Below are positions 38,511 to 50,200 of a stretch of 64,000 nt of DNA, one piece after another. How positions within the stretch are numbered: the stretch's first letter is position 1; every line of letters starts with the position of its first letter. Position numbers and translations under genes: made by a program. The stretch is taken from the NCBI RefSeq assembly GCF_008831285.2, contig NC_045138.2:26908001-26972000 (forward strand), given 5' to 3'. This stretch comes from Nymphaea colorata. Taxonomy: Eukaryota. The notes under the pieces were generated by a model, which did no database searches, was not told where the DNA came from, and was given only the letters and a program-made list of their open reading frames with translations.

Positions 38511-41043
38511 AAGTGTTCATCTGCACAATGGTAATTTGCTCACTTCCATTGTTAAATGCATAAAAATGGGAATTATTTGCAATAGCTATCTTGCGATAAA
38601 CCCTAGCGGTAAGGCAAGCGTTGCCACCACCATCACAATGGAGTGATCTATCTACAGGTCCATAAGAGATAACATCTACCAAGAAATTGGCGGGGTCTGA
38701 CACAGTGGAGATCAAATCACCAACTACCACTCAACAAAGTGACATGAGGGTATGGCCATTCATTACTTGCAAGTTGAAAGTGTACAATCAACAATTCATT
38801 GACCAGGCCGATAGGCTAAAATGTCCGGTTCATACTGCTGAATTAGTGTAACAATTAGTTGACCTGAAATTCAAACTTTAAAACAAGTCACGTTTTTGTT
38901 TTATCGCAAGCAAATGAAGGAAAACCACTTACCATGGCTCTCGGCCTCTCGGTGGCAGCTTCCCATCTTGTAGATCCACATTAACCTTTGTTCCATAAGT
39001 TGGTTTTTTTTTTCACATCCGTTCTTATGGATGACCTATATTTTCTGGGTGTGTTAGAAGAGGAGAAAAAGACAAAGGGAAGAACAGACAAACAGTTCAG
39101 ACCGTATTTGGGGGGGCGCATGACAGCCAATTTCCGCCATGAATAGGAACAAGAAGGAAAGGTAAGCGACAATTTTTACCTTGACTTTTTCCTCGAAGAA
39201 TCAAGGCAGTTCAATTGATGGTGCATATGCATCAGCATTCTAAGTCAAGGAAATAATTTTATCTTTTCGATTGGAAAGAGAGAGATCAACAATTTTCGCT
39301 GTTTCCTTAGCATCATTCATCACATTGGACAGATGGTTTGATTTGATCGTTTATTCTTCACGTCATTCGAAGCGAAAGTAAATATTAGACGATTTGATCA
39401 TTCGTTCTTCACGTCATTCGAAAGTAAATATTAGATTGTTATAGTGCATACTACTGCCAAGAAGGTCTATAATAACATGTTCATGAGATCTAATTCATAC
39501 CAATTCTGTAGTTGGAGGAGAGTTGTTCAACCCTCATTACTCTTTTATTTGTTGGGTAGTGAGCATTTGGTCATGCGATGGATTCAAACATCATCGTGGC
39601 CTGCCTACGGCCTCGCCGTGCCTTCCCGAGTGAAAGTTCTTGCTGTTTGAATGGATGCCACCACCAAGTTTCATGTTATTGGAAAGAAAACTCGCCGCAG
39701 AAATGGTTTCTTTGCTATAGAAAAGAAAATCAGAAGGCATAACAAACTTTCTTTGTTCACTGCGCATAATGACTCTGAAATTGCCTCTTGGATCTTTAAG
39801 TATTCTGGAGAGGACAGCCGTGTGCTCCTCCGGTCCTTTAGATGCTAAGAGGAGGATCCCAAAGGGATCATACTTCCCTTTGACAGATGCGCCCCATTGA
39901 TGCACACCAATTGCAGGTCATTTGCCTCGCTTGTATCCAAAGTTTCTGCATCTTCACTTCTTGGAAAAGCAAACAAAACCTCAACTTCCGCCAAAAACCC
40001 CACAGAAACAATTGAGAATAAAAAAATATTATAAATCCTTTAGAAACCAGTATTGTAGTGGAATGGATTTATTTTATTCAAAAGTAGGAATACGATTGAC
40101 ACCAAAACTCACCAACCAGTCTTGACTTTCTGCACAAAAGGGACCATCCAAATAGCAATTATTAATTTTTAATAGTTATATCAATCGATCGTACTGCTTG
40201 ACTCATAAAACTTCCAAAGTTTGAAGACTTCTCAATCTTAGAGCTGTTGATGCGAATGCAGTGAACTAGTTTTTAGATTGTTGTATATAGAAGTCGACAA
40301 GATAGAAGCCATCAACTCAATTGTCTTAAACATAAGACTTCGTGAACAAGTTCTACTTGTATGGAAAAAAACAAGTCAACAACTAAATAAAATAATCATA
40401 AGCTGCAGTACAGTTGACAATTGCGTTCGAGAGAGAAAGTTTCTCCTAGTACACTTCTGTTTATCAACTGAGAGATATGCCCAGCAACAGTTACTGCCAT
40501 TAATTATCTGTCTCTGGTACAAAATTTTTAGGTGAAACATGCCGGAATGTTAAGTGAAAATGATATGGAAAATGCTTGTCCGAAAGAACTGAATTTCTTG
40601 CGTACCTATGATGCCAAAGCTCCTGAAACAGTGAGAATATCTTCATTCTTGAGAACCACGGTCTGGTTCTCTACTCTCTTCCCCCTAAGCCTCTCAATTT
40701 CTTGAATTGGCCACTGAACAAGCTGCTCGGCAATCGGATAAGACACAACAGTCTAAGGAATCCCTTAAAAATCCTGTCCAAATCCATGATCAATATCAAA
40801 GCATTAAGTTGGCACTAGTTACTTCATTGGAACTGGCTCATTGTTAGTCCTCAAGGGAAGAAGCTTTTGAACGGGAGGGAACTCTGAACCATGGAAGAGG
40901 GAACAGATACACCAGCAGATAAGCACCTGAAGCCTTGCCCAGGACACATGATCAGACCCATTGGTCCATGCCCAAACAACCCTCGTTTCCTTGGAGCTAT
41001 CAAAGAAGCTTTTAGAAGCATATTACTTCTCGTAGTCATATCT
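38511..41043 (-). pseudogene. Cell-wall invertase / fructan exohydrolase (GH32) pseudogene, C-terminal five exons only
   Basis: Exon 41043-40927: RYDYEK*YASKSFFDSSKETRVVWAWTNGSDHVSWARLQ|GT. Exon 40763-40606: GFLR/TVVSYPIAEQLVQWPIQEIERLRG/KRVENQTVVLKNEDILTVSGALAS*|GT. Exon 39991-39748: AEVEVLFAFP..AETLDTS..DLQLVC/GASVKGKYDPFGILLLASKGPEEHTAVLSRILK..SEQR, with a mutated TG acceptor. Exon 39035-38933: SSIRTDVK/KPTYGTKVNVDLQDGKL. Exon 38651 to about 38511: IDHSIV/GGGNACLTARVYRKIAIANNSHFYAFNNGSEQITI. Intron positions match CWINV genes; there are several stops and frameshifts. Confidence 0.9.
39341..39437. repeat. Tandem duplication of about 50 bp within an invertase pseudogene intron
   Basis: ATTTGATC..TT..TTCTTCACGTCATTCGAA...GTAAATATTAGA occurs twice. 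Confidence 0.75.
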
Positions 41044-41597
41044 TTCGTTTGACTCCATGAATTAAGGATGGAGCACAAGAAATGAAAGCATAGACTAGTG
41101 AAACTGTCAAATTACACATAACCTCCTCATGACAAATCTTCCTCTGATTGGGTGTTTGTTGGCTATCTATTGTGCGACATTGCAACAATGCTCGCAAGAG
41201 AGAGAGAGAGAGAGAGAGAAAGAAAGATTGCAGATTTGCTGTAGCTTTCGAGATTCAGCATTCTAATTGTTTATCAACGACAACTCCATAGAGAAAGTAC
41301 TTGTTTACGAATGATATCACCCAAGGAGATCAGAGTCTGAATAACCTTTTGCGCCTATTATCTAGTGATAGATTTGATACGTTATCTTTTCCTAAATCTG
41401 TTTCCTTTGAAAATATCGTGCAAGAACGTATGTATGCTTCCAGAAAAAACATCAAGTTCTTGAAAATTTTGAAAACAGATGAGACAAGTAAACGAACAAA
41501 TGCAATTGCCGAGTTGGGTATATATGCAATTCCAAAACAATAAAAGGTGACATGCCTGTGTACGTTATCACTTGCAGCAATCCCAATGGCCACTTTC

Positions 41598-41632
<35 letters not shown>

Positions 41633-41660
41633 GGTGTGTGTGTGTGTGTGTGTGTGGGTG
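41598..41660. repeat. Compound (AT)n(GT)n microsatellite
   Basis: AT run followed by an interrupted GT run. Confidence 0.9.
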
Positions 41661-44135
41661 CAATCTAGATGAAGCACAAGGATTGATTGAATTATTTTGA
41701 CCAGATCCATTGATCAAGATGTATTGGGCAACATTGAAAACCTAGAAATTAACTGTTTATTTGTATTTTATTTTGACAAATCTAATGAACGGAGATGCAC
41801 TGTGAGAATTTACCTGTGTTCTTTTGACGAAAAACACATTTTTGATGGGACAAAATTTAATGTATTGTTGATCATTTTTGTGTCGCAGGAAAAACTTCGC
41901 ACATGTTCCCGTGATTCGAAAAACCGATCTCTATAAGCCAACCATATTGATCGCATTTATAAGATTGGATATGTTCAACAAAAAATTTAAAAAGCTGATT
42001 GCAATGTTCGATCATCTGTACTAAACATAAACCCTTTAACTGCGCAGGATGGACCTTTTCTTCTTTGCCAACAGGTTTGTGCCTCTAGAGTAAAGCTGTC
42101 GATAAAACTTTGTTTTTAGTTGTCCTCTCAATCACTGCATGTGCGGCACATTTAATTCTGCTCCATACAAAGAAATGACACATGAAAATCTCAACTACTG
42201 CTAACCCCTCTAGATTTACCCTCCTAGAATTTTGAGCCTGCGTACAAATATATGGGTCCCTTCATAAAGGATGTCACAGCTTTACTTATTTATTAGCCGC
42301 AACCATCCAACGGCTACACCAAGACTATCAAACCATCACGATTCAACACGGTTCCTATCCTAATGGGAAATTTGGCTTGACACAATTGTTTATTGGTTTG
42401 TTTTTTTAACAAACTATTTATATATGTAGGCTGCAATTTTTGTGGATCTTTGGATTTCTCTGTTCAAACCTTGTCCTCTCGCAGTATACTGTTTTGCACA
42501 TTCGCGTTAGGCAGTATATTTAATCAGAGGTCTGCCCAATATATTGCATCAGGCAGCCATGCTTGGATGAAAAGCAAGATGGCCGGAGGATTTTACCTCC
42601 TTTACTTCTCGACCCTGATTCACAACAATAATGCAATACAATGAAGTTTTCCTTCAACATTTAAGTGTCGCCAGCAAAAGAAAAAAATGGTTTTTGGCAG
42701 CTTCAAAGTCAAGAAATCATGAAAAATCAGTGGCACAGCTAGGAGTAGTTATGTGTGGGCAGCTTTACGCAAAAATTATCTCATTTTCAATAAGGGGCGC
42801 TGGTCCATGAGTGTGAGATGTGCACTCAGATGAGACACAAAATTTTCGATTGGTTCTTTTCCTCTCGCCTGCAGGCCCAAAAGTTTTTAGCTCGGCCACT
42901 GCTTTGCCCGCCGCATACTTTCGTTGTCAAGGTCGGCGAAGAAATTGATTCCTCCTGTTCCGATTGGCTATGGTTTGCTTGGAGTAAGGTTCAGGGAACC
43001 ACGTGTAGCAGCAATTCGGCGTAAATTGACGCAGACTCCTGAGGACGTGGGTACGGAAACCTTGACAATACATTTGCCTAACCTTCATCATCATCCTTGA
43101 GCTTCGTGAAGAAAACTGAGTCGATCAAGTCATGATCTTCGTTCGCTTTCAATTCAAGCAGCCAGAGACATTAAACACAGTTGGTATCTGCAATATCAAT
43201 TGTCTTATCATACAAAAATAGATGACGTTATTAGCTTTAAATAGGAGTTCTTTCGAAACTGAACACATGAACATTGTGGCCAGCTTCTTTGGTCGGGAAT
43301 GCCAGCTATATGTCTATTAGAAATTTAGAATGGCCTAAAATAGCAAAGCATAGCTTTTATCCTCCTTTCTTTTGTTTTCTTGTTTACCAAGCCCGAGCGA
43401 TCACATCTTTACAGTAAAGCTTCAACGAGGATGCAATCACCTTAAAAGAACTTTCACCAAACAAATGGGGAGGTCATTTTGAGACACTCGGCAGCTAACA
43501 TCTTCCAGAGGGAGAAATCAAGATTCACTGCAACGAAGATGCTTCAGCAAGGCCTGGCAGAGAGTCGGCTGCTCAATTGCCGTAATTAAGATCTGGCCAT
43601 CTCTTATTATGGTGTAAACATAACTCTACTTGGTGAGACCTGCCACCTGGGACAACTTCGAAATCTTTAACATGGTTGTTTTTTAGCTCTTAAATCTTCA
43701 ACATGGTTGTTTTCTATCTTTTAACGCATGAACAGTGAATTGGTCACATTGCTCAAGCATTTGGGCGATTGATGTGATTATGTGGAGACATGAGGATTCA
43801 GTAAAAACGGATTTCACAGGGTAGTCTTAGGCCGCCATGATAAACAGAAACCCAAAATAAAACAGGGTAGAAGAAACAAATGGCAGGAACCACTTTGTCC
43901 TAATCAATCCGAGTGACGGGGGTAGGTAAGCAGAAACCTCGAGTTTTAAAATAGTTGCAGCAAACAGATTGGTGAGTATTGACACGTTTCAGGAAAAAGA
44001 TGCGAAAGTTGGGCACCAAAGGCTATCTATTCATTCTATATTTTCCCCATGTACAATGAGATTAGGAGATATCAGCTACCTCTCTCCTCAAATGGAAAAA
44101 GCTATTTACAACATATGTAGAGTGGGGGAAATTCT

Positions 44136-45624
44136 TTATTCTGCATATGCTTCTCTTTGCCGCCTGCGCATCCTTGCTCCCCACGACAAGTTGCCATCAG
44201 AGTTCTTCTCCACACTCCTCCTCTTCAAGTCTGCAACTTGGGATTTCCAACGACTCTTCCACCCGTCCCTCTCCTCCATGTCCTGATTCAACAAGAAGTG
44301 AAGGAAAACTCAGTGGACGCTCGTTGAAATTTTCAGTCCTCAAAGAGGAATCAGTAAACACAGAAAGAAAAGAAGAAGAAGCCCTAGCTCAGCTCATCAA
44401 TAAAACCAAAGGGAAATAGAAAAAGGAAAAACATAAAACCATTTGTTGTAGTAGAGAGAGTTTGGTGAGAATGAACCAGAAAGTGAATTGTTAAGCAATA
44501 TAAGCTCTAAAAATCCCTAACAAATAAACGATGACAAGACAACAAAAAATTAAATAAAAACCAAACTTCAAATGAAAATCTAACTTCACTAGTCAGCAAA
44601 AGAAAGAAGGTTCATGCAAATACCTAATTTGGAACAGACGCTTCAATCAAACCTTTTAAGGAAAATGACAATGAATGGAAAGATCTTAAATAGAATGAAT
44701 TCCGACTTTAAACATCAAATTCTTCTTTTTCCTGCACGACTGAATAGGAAAAAGGAATCCATAGAGGGAATAGATAATAGGTCAAAAATCAAAGACTAAA
44801 ATCTTATTTAGAGCAACTCCCCCACCCACCCCAAATCTGGAAAATGGAAAAAAAAAAACCTAAGTTCAACCAAAGAATTAACAAAGAGCAGCTAAGAGAG
44901 GATTTCAAAGAGTTAGCCAAACCCTTAGAAATAGAAAAAGAAAATCGAGAAAGCAGAAAGATGAAGAGAGAAGCCACGAATAAATTCTAGACAAACATGA
45001 TGAATAAGAAAAAACCAGAAACTCAAAATTCGCCATGGCCAACCAAAATTTTAAAAAGGAAAAAGAAAATAATAAGAACCCAAGTGTAGAAAGAAAATGT
45101 GTGGAGGAACAGCGAGAGACACAGAGAGGAACAAGAAGAAATGCTGATGACGATGATGATCTTACCAGATCAGGCCTCCTGCGCGCGGAGAAAGCGAACT
45201 GCAACCCTCTAGCAAGGTCCCGATCGTACATGGCCCTCCTCATGGGGTCCGACAGCGTCTCGTAGGCCTCCTGCACCCGAATGAACCTCTTGGTGTGCTC
45301 CTCCGCCAGGTCCGGCGGCGACACGTCCGGATGATACTTCCGGGCCATCTGTTTGTACGCCTGCTTGATCTCCAGCAGGCTCCCGCTCTCCGGTATCCCC
45401 AGCAGCTGGTAGAAGCTCATCGACTGCTCGGAGCAGTTCGACGACGAAGCCGCCGCCCTCGCACACAGCAGCGACCCTCGCTGCTTCCCCTGCCCCAACC
45501 CCACCATCCTCATCGAAGCGGCCCCCGACGGCTTCCTCTCCCACGGCTGCCGCTCCTGCGCCCGAAGCCCCACCGGCCCGCAGCACCGCTGCCCACTTCC
45601 CGGCAACACCAATCCCACACTCAT
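44136..45624 (-). CDS. Chloroplast small J-domain chaperone, DnaJ20 (J20)-like, 201 aa, two exons
   Basis: Exon 1 is 45624-45166 (ATG MSVGLVLPG..., transit-peptide-like leader, J domain SFYQLLGI...YKQMARKYHPDVSPP...VQEAYETLSDP with HPD; GTAAG donor). Exon 2 is 44282-44136 (DMEERDGWKSRWKSQVADLKRRS...SWGARMRRRQREAYAE*). The W..RW..Q..LKRRS...SWGARMR tail is characteristic of J20. Confidence 0.92.
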
Positions 45625-47066
45625 TTCTCTTTCTCTCTCTTCCACTTTCTCCCCCTCTCGCCCTAAATCCTAATCGCTTATAAAGATCTAAAAGACGATG
45701 GGTGGTGGATGGCTCCCTCTCTGTCTCTGTCTCTCTCTCTCTCTTGCAGATATTGGAGTAATTTGAGTGGTGGTCTCTCTTTTTACTTTCCACCTCTCTC
45801 TCTCTCTCTTCTCTCTCTCTAAAATTCGAAGACCGGCAATGGAGGCGTGATGAGGCCTCTCGTCCTCCTCCTGTCCGAGCTTCTAGATTAGGAAATGGCT
45901 GCAGGGCAAGGAATGAGACGCCCCCATCATTGTTTCTGTGGGGTGGTCTTATGGGCTTCCTGCTCTTTCCCTTTTGATCTCAAAATGTAGTTTTTCCGTT
46001 TCTTCTTTTTTTCGTGTGGACGCGAGAGAGACTCAGGAGACAGAAAAGGCCAAAAGATATTGGCGTGACGCAGGGAGAGGTGCCCACGGAGACGGGACCC
46101 CGAGCTGCCGTTTTGGTTCAGCCAACTTGCCGCTGCTGTTTCGGGCTTATCGATTCCCCGCCGCTCGGTTGCCGCGTCAGGCGCCGGCGTGTCCGCGGCT
46201 TTCTCCGCCGTGGTTTTGGCGTGTCAGTGGGATTATCTCCACTCGATATGGGCTGTCCCTTATCCTGACCCAAGAAACGTGTTTCACAGGAAAAAGATTT
46301 TGCCGTAAAGCAAGAAAATTTTTTTTAATGGTGGTAAGTGCGGGGTGAACGGCCACTGCAACGAGAGAGGAGAAAAAAGAGATCCAGAAAGGCAAAAGAA
46401 GAACATGAAAAAAAAACGAGGACGAAGAGCATGTCGGGGCGTGGCCAAGATAGGAAATTCCACGCTTTTTTTTATGAACTAAGTACGTGAAGATTGGTTT
46501 TCCATTCGTGAAATGATTTTTTTCGTTATGGGGAGCTCGTCGATTTTCCGCTCGCTAATTCATCGTGAAGAACTAGTCAATTCTTAATACGAGTCGATTC
46601 CCTCTTTTATAAGTTGTTTTCGAACTTCTTTTCTCTTGAGATTTCTCTTATTAACTCGTTGCATTTATACGCAAGGGATTGCGTCACGGTCAAGTGATAT
46701 TGTCTGCTCTTCACCATCTTCAATTATTCACTTCAGTTGTACCATTTGTTATGGCGCTCAAAAAGCCAAAAAACTCACATCCCTTCCCTTAATTCTTACG
46801 GCAGTGGCTCGAAATTGTGTATCCAACAGTGGCTCTCCTTTTTGCAGTATAAAAGGATTGACACCTTTTAACAGCCTACCAAAAACCCAATAGTAATTTC
46901 GGAATAAGAATGCTGAAAGGTTTTCATGGGAATATGGTTGTGTTCTACCTAGTAAATGGCAAGCGCATAACTCAGACTTTTGCAGATTGCGTACTGTAAA
47001 GCATTCACAACAAAATTTTACCAAAAAGTTAGGTAAAATAAGACGAAAGCTAGGCAGATTAGGCTG

Positions 47067-47256
47067 CAGGGGCATAGCCAAAGAGGGGACCGCGTGGGCC
47101 CTGTGGCCTTACCTCAATTTTTTTTAAAATTTATATGTAAATTTTAAAAAATTTTACTTGTCTGATATAAAAATTTTGAAAATAATATTTTGTTGTCTAT
47201 CAAAACTTAGAAACTTTAATTTGGCCCCTCATAAAAAATTTCTAACTTTGTCCTTG
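47067..47256. mobile_element. hAT-like MITE (degenerate)
   Basis: Left end CAGGGGCATAGCCA; the right end reverse-complements to CAAGGACAAAGTTA. AT-rich core with GGCCC subterminal motifs. No matching 8-bp TSD. Confidence 0.4.
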
Positions 47257-50200
47257 GTGTCGACCATGGCTCGAATGTAGTGTTAGGTACGTGTCCAATC
47301 CTTACCAGACCTCAAAACTCAGCCACACCCTCGGGAGACAAGATAACAAGGACTTTTAGTCATGTGTCTCTGAGCGAACAAGGTCTTCTCCATAGATGAC
47401 AAAAAAGCTACATGTCCTATTGATTTATTGGGGGCTTCCTCGGTAGCTATACGTTTTCTCTTCTTTGTTTTCTCCCTTCTCTCCACTTCAATCCTTATCC
47501 CCTCATACTTAGGGCCAAAATTTGGTCTCAAACTCGAGTTGCATGGGTGACATTTGTCCTTCCTTCAAACACATAAATTTGACCTTAAATGGGGGTGAAG
47601 GGAGCAACCTTGGGGATTTATGCCGTCAGGTGACCCACAAAGTCTCTAGAAGAGGTGCCATTTCCTCAACTAAAAAAATGGAGCCCAAAGTTTGGAGTCT
47701 CTCTTCCTCCTCTTGGTTAAATCATTAAACAAGATGGGTCCTCAATAATGGCATTTGTCCTCAATGTTAACATCAAAATAATGGATTAGTAAAGAATGGG
47801 TGCTCCCACCAGCCCCTACACTCACTAAAAAACAGTTTACTTTTTTAATAGACGAGATGTTTCTCATCCAACATTATAAATGCCTTCACCCTCTACATTT
47901 TAAGGTAAAAAAACAAGTATAGCATATTAAATATGAACCTCCCCACAAAGCGAAAACTCTCAAGACTAGGAAATCGTATACTTTTATATCAAAACAACAC
48001 TATATAACATATCTTTTCTACCAAATAAACCATATAAAATGTGTGCATAATGTCTATTTAATACAATTTATTTCTATGAGAATTGTCTTCCCAATATGGG
48101 CGTAAGACCCGGTTGTCACTGCGATTTGGGTGCTTGGTTTTTGACGCCTAATTCTTCAACACATGTGGAAGCACAATTTCAGGGTCACTTTCGGCCTGCG
48201 CTTTTCTCGAGAACTTTGTGTTAGGAGTCCTTGAGGAAGAAAGTACATGTCTCTGAAGAAAAATAAACGAAAGCAGAAGGCGGCCATAAATTCTTGCACG
48301 TCTCTAGCGACTACCGCTACTTGATCAATTTAGAATCCAGCCACGCTGGTCCGGCTGTAATCTGTCCTTGTCGGCACACTGATTCCTTCTACCCGCTATA
48401 CGGAAGCGTGGCATTCAAAACCCCCTGCATAACGCCCTATTTCTTGACTGCACATGATGGAAAATGTCTTCTAGCTAAAAATTCTTTCATGAGATAATGT
48501 TTACAGTGGTTTGTTTCTATTTTGTGTAGCGCACACATCTAGAAGGCAAATCCTCTCTTTAATCTAGAAGGCAAATCCTCTCTTTAATTTTAAGTGAGTG
48601 CTATTTTGCAAGGTGAGATTGCAACATTCAAGTTAAGGAGTATATCATGCTCCGCCTGAGTATCAACCCAGTTTAAAACACAGTTTAAAACCTCAAAAGT
48701 AAAGAAAAGAGGAGCATCCTGCTCACTCAAAAGTGGCATCTCTCTTCTTCTCCATCTCTATTCTTCTACATAAGTTGGAGTTGATTTTTTCCTGTTTTTT
48801 TGCTTGACAGTTTTTCAAATGGGGTTTCACTGAATAAGAGTGAAAGATTTACACGTCATGGGAGGTCCTGTCTGACTCAGTTTCAATTACCTTTCCTATT
48901 TCTTTTCAAAGGAATAAAAGATTTTGATATGGTTCCCTTTATATTCACTCAATCCAAACAGTTGAGCACGCTCATCCATTAGTACCTTTATATGGAAATG
49001 CTGGTAGAAAGTATATAGTATGCTTGCCTTGGCATATAATGTTTCTGAATCTGTCTTCTTTACATGACATGAAAGCTGTTGCCAAGTTGTTGGAATTGGA
49101 GGTACCCGACGCGAACTTTCTAATTAAGAAAAGTTGTGGTTAAAATGAAGTCTTGTTGGCATGATAATGTTCTGTCACTAACAAAGTGACTAAGGGCTCC
49201 ATGCTTAAAGCCTTCGAGTTGAGAGAGACAGCTTGATATTGGAAATTCTTTCCCACTCCATTTCTGATTCTTTCATCTTGTAGTAACTGCACTCAAGCCG
49301 AGAGACTTTGTTATTCATCTCAGATGAAACCCCAAGGTTAATCCTACTCCCAAGGCCTATGCCTACTTGGGCTTGTGCAAAAGATTGATGCTTAGAAAAA
49401 TCAAACCAACAACCAATCTCATGTCAGCAACTGGCCTAACCAGCTAGCTATGCCAAACTCCTTGGCGTTTTGTTATTACTTAAAAAGTTAACTCAGTAAA
49501 AAGATTTGAACACTCTTTTGGCTCTGGCCTGAGAGAATGCACTACCCTAAACCCTAAACTTGGGTCCGTCAATTTTTTAAGTCAAGAGTTAGGTCTAGGC
49601 ATGTGTTGTTCATGCTAACCAACATTATTTCTTTTACTTACACCTTAGTAAGCAAGTTAAAGCATAGTGAGGGTGTCCCTTTGAGGCACCAAAAAGCAAG
49701 TCTGGTACTCTAAGAGATAAAGGAAGGTAGGGGTTTCGGCTTTCTTGTTGGGCGGTAGCCGGTAGGATGAAATAATCTTTCCGATAGGATGAAATAATCT
49801 TTTTGCTCACCCAACATTGGTTTTTCCATATAATTTAGTTGATCACACATTGGTGGCCCTCAAATATAAGATTTCTTGTATCAATACCCTTCGCCCTCAA
49901 ATATTTTACTCTGCCACTTATTATATACAGTGCAGTGGTTTAATGATACCTACCTAAAACATGGCGTGTCAGTTCTTTTCAAAACATTGCAACTGGATTG
50001 TCTGATTGATTTTGGCCTGCCTGTTGCTTTATACGCTGCAAATTAATGGATCGATTCGCTCGGCCATTCTGGGAACCAAGTGGATTAACATGAGATGTGC
50101 CACCTCCACTACCTCATATAAAAGAAGAAAAGAAATCCAGACACTTCCTACGATATATATGCACGGATAATCTTTCTCTTTCCCTTCGACAAAAGAATAA

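Noticed and set aside
44905..45645. 246-aa single-exon version of the DnaJ ORF
   Set aside because: It starts at a GTG and reads through the GTAAG donor at 45165 into a T-rich intron. The conserved C-terminus is in exon 2 (44282-44136).
45209..45793. 194-aa alternative-frame ORF overlapping DnaJ exon 1
   Set aside because: Gly/Ala-rich out-of-frame read of GC-rich codons plus (GA)n leader; no independent support.
47281..47772. TGTTA...TTAACA segment as a solo LTR
   Set aside because: Flanks TGTAG and TCAAA are not a TSD and no diagnostic LTR motif was recognised.
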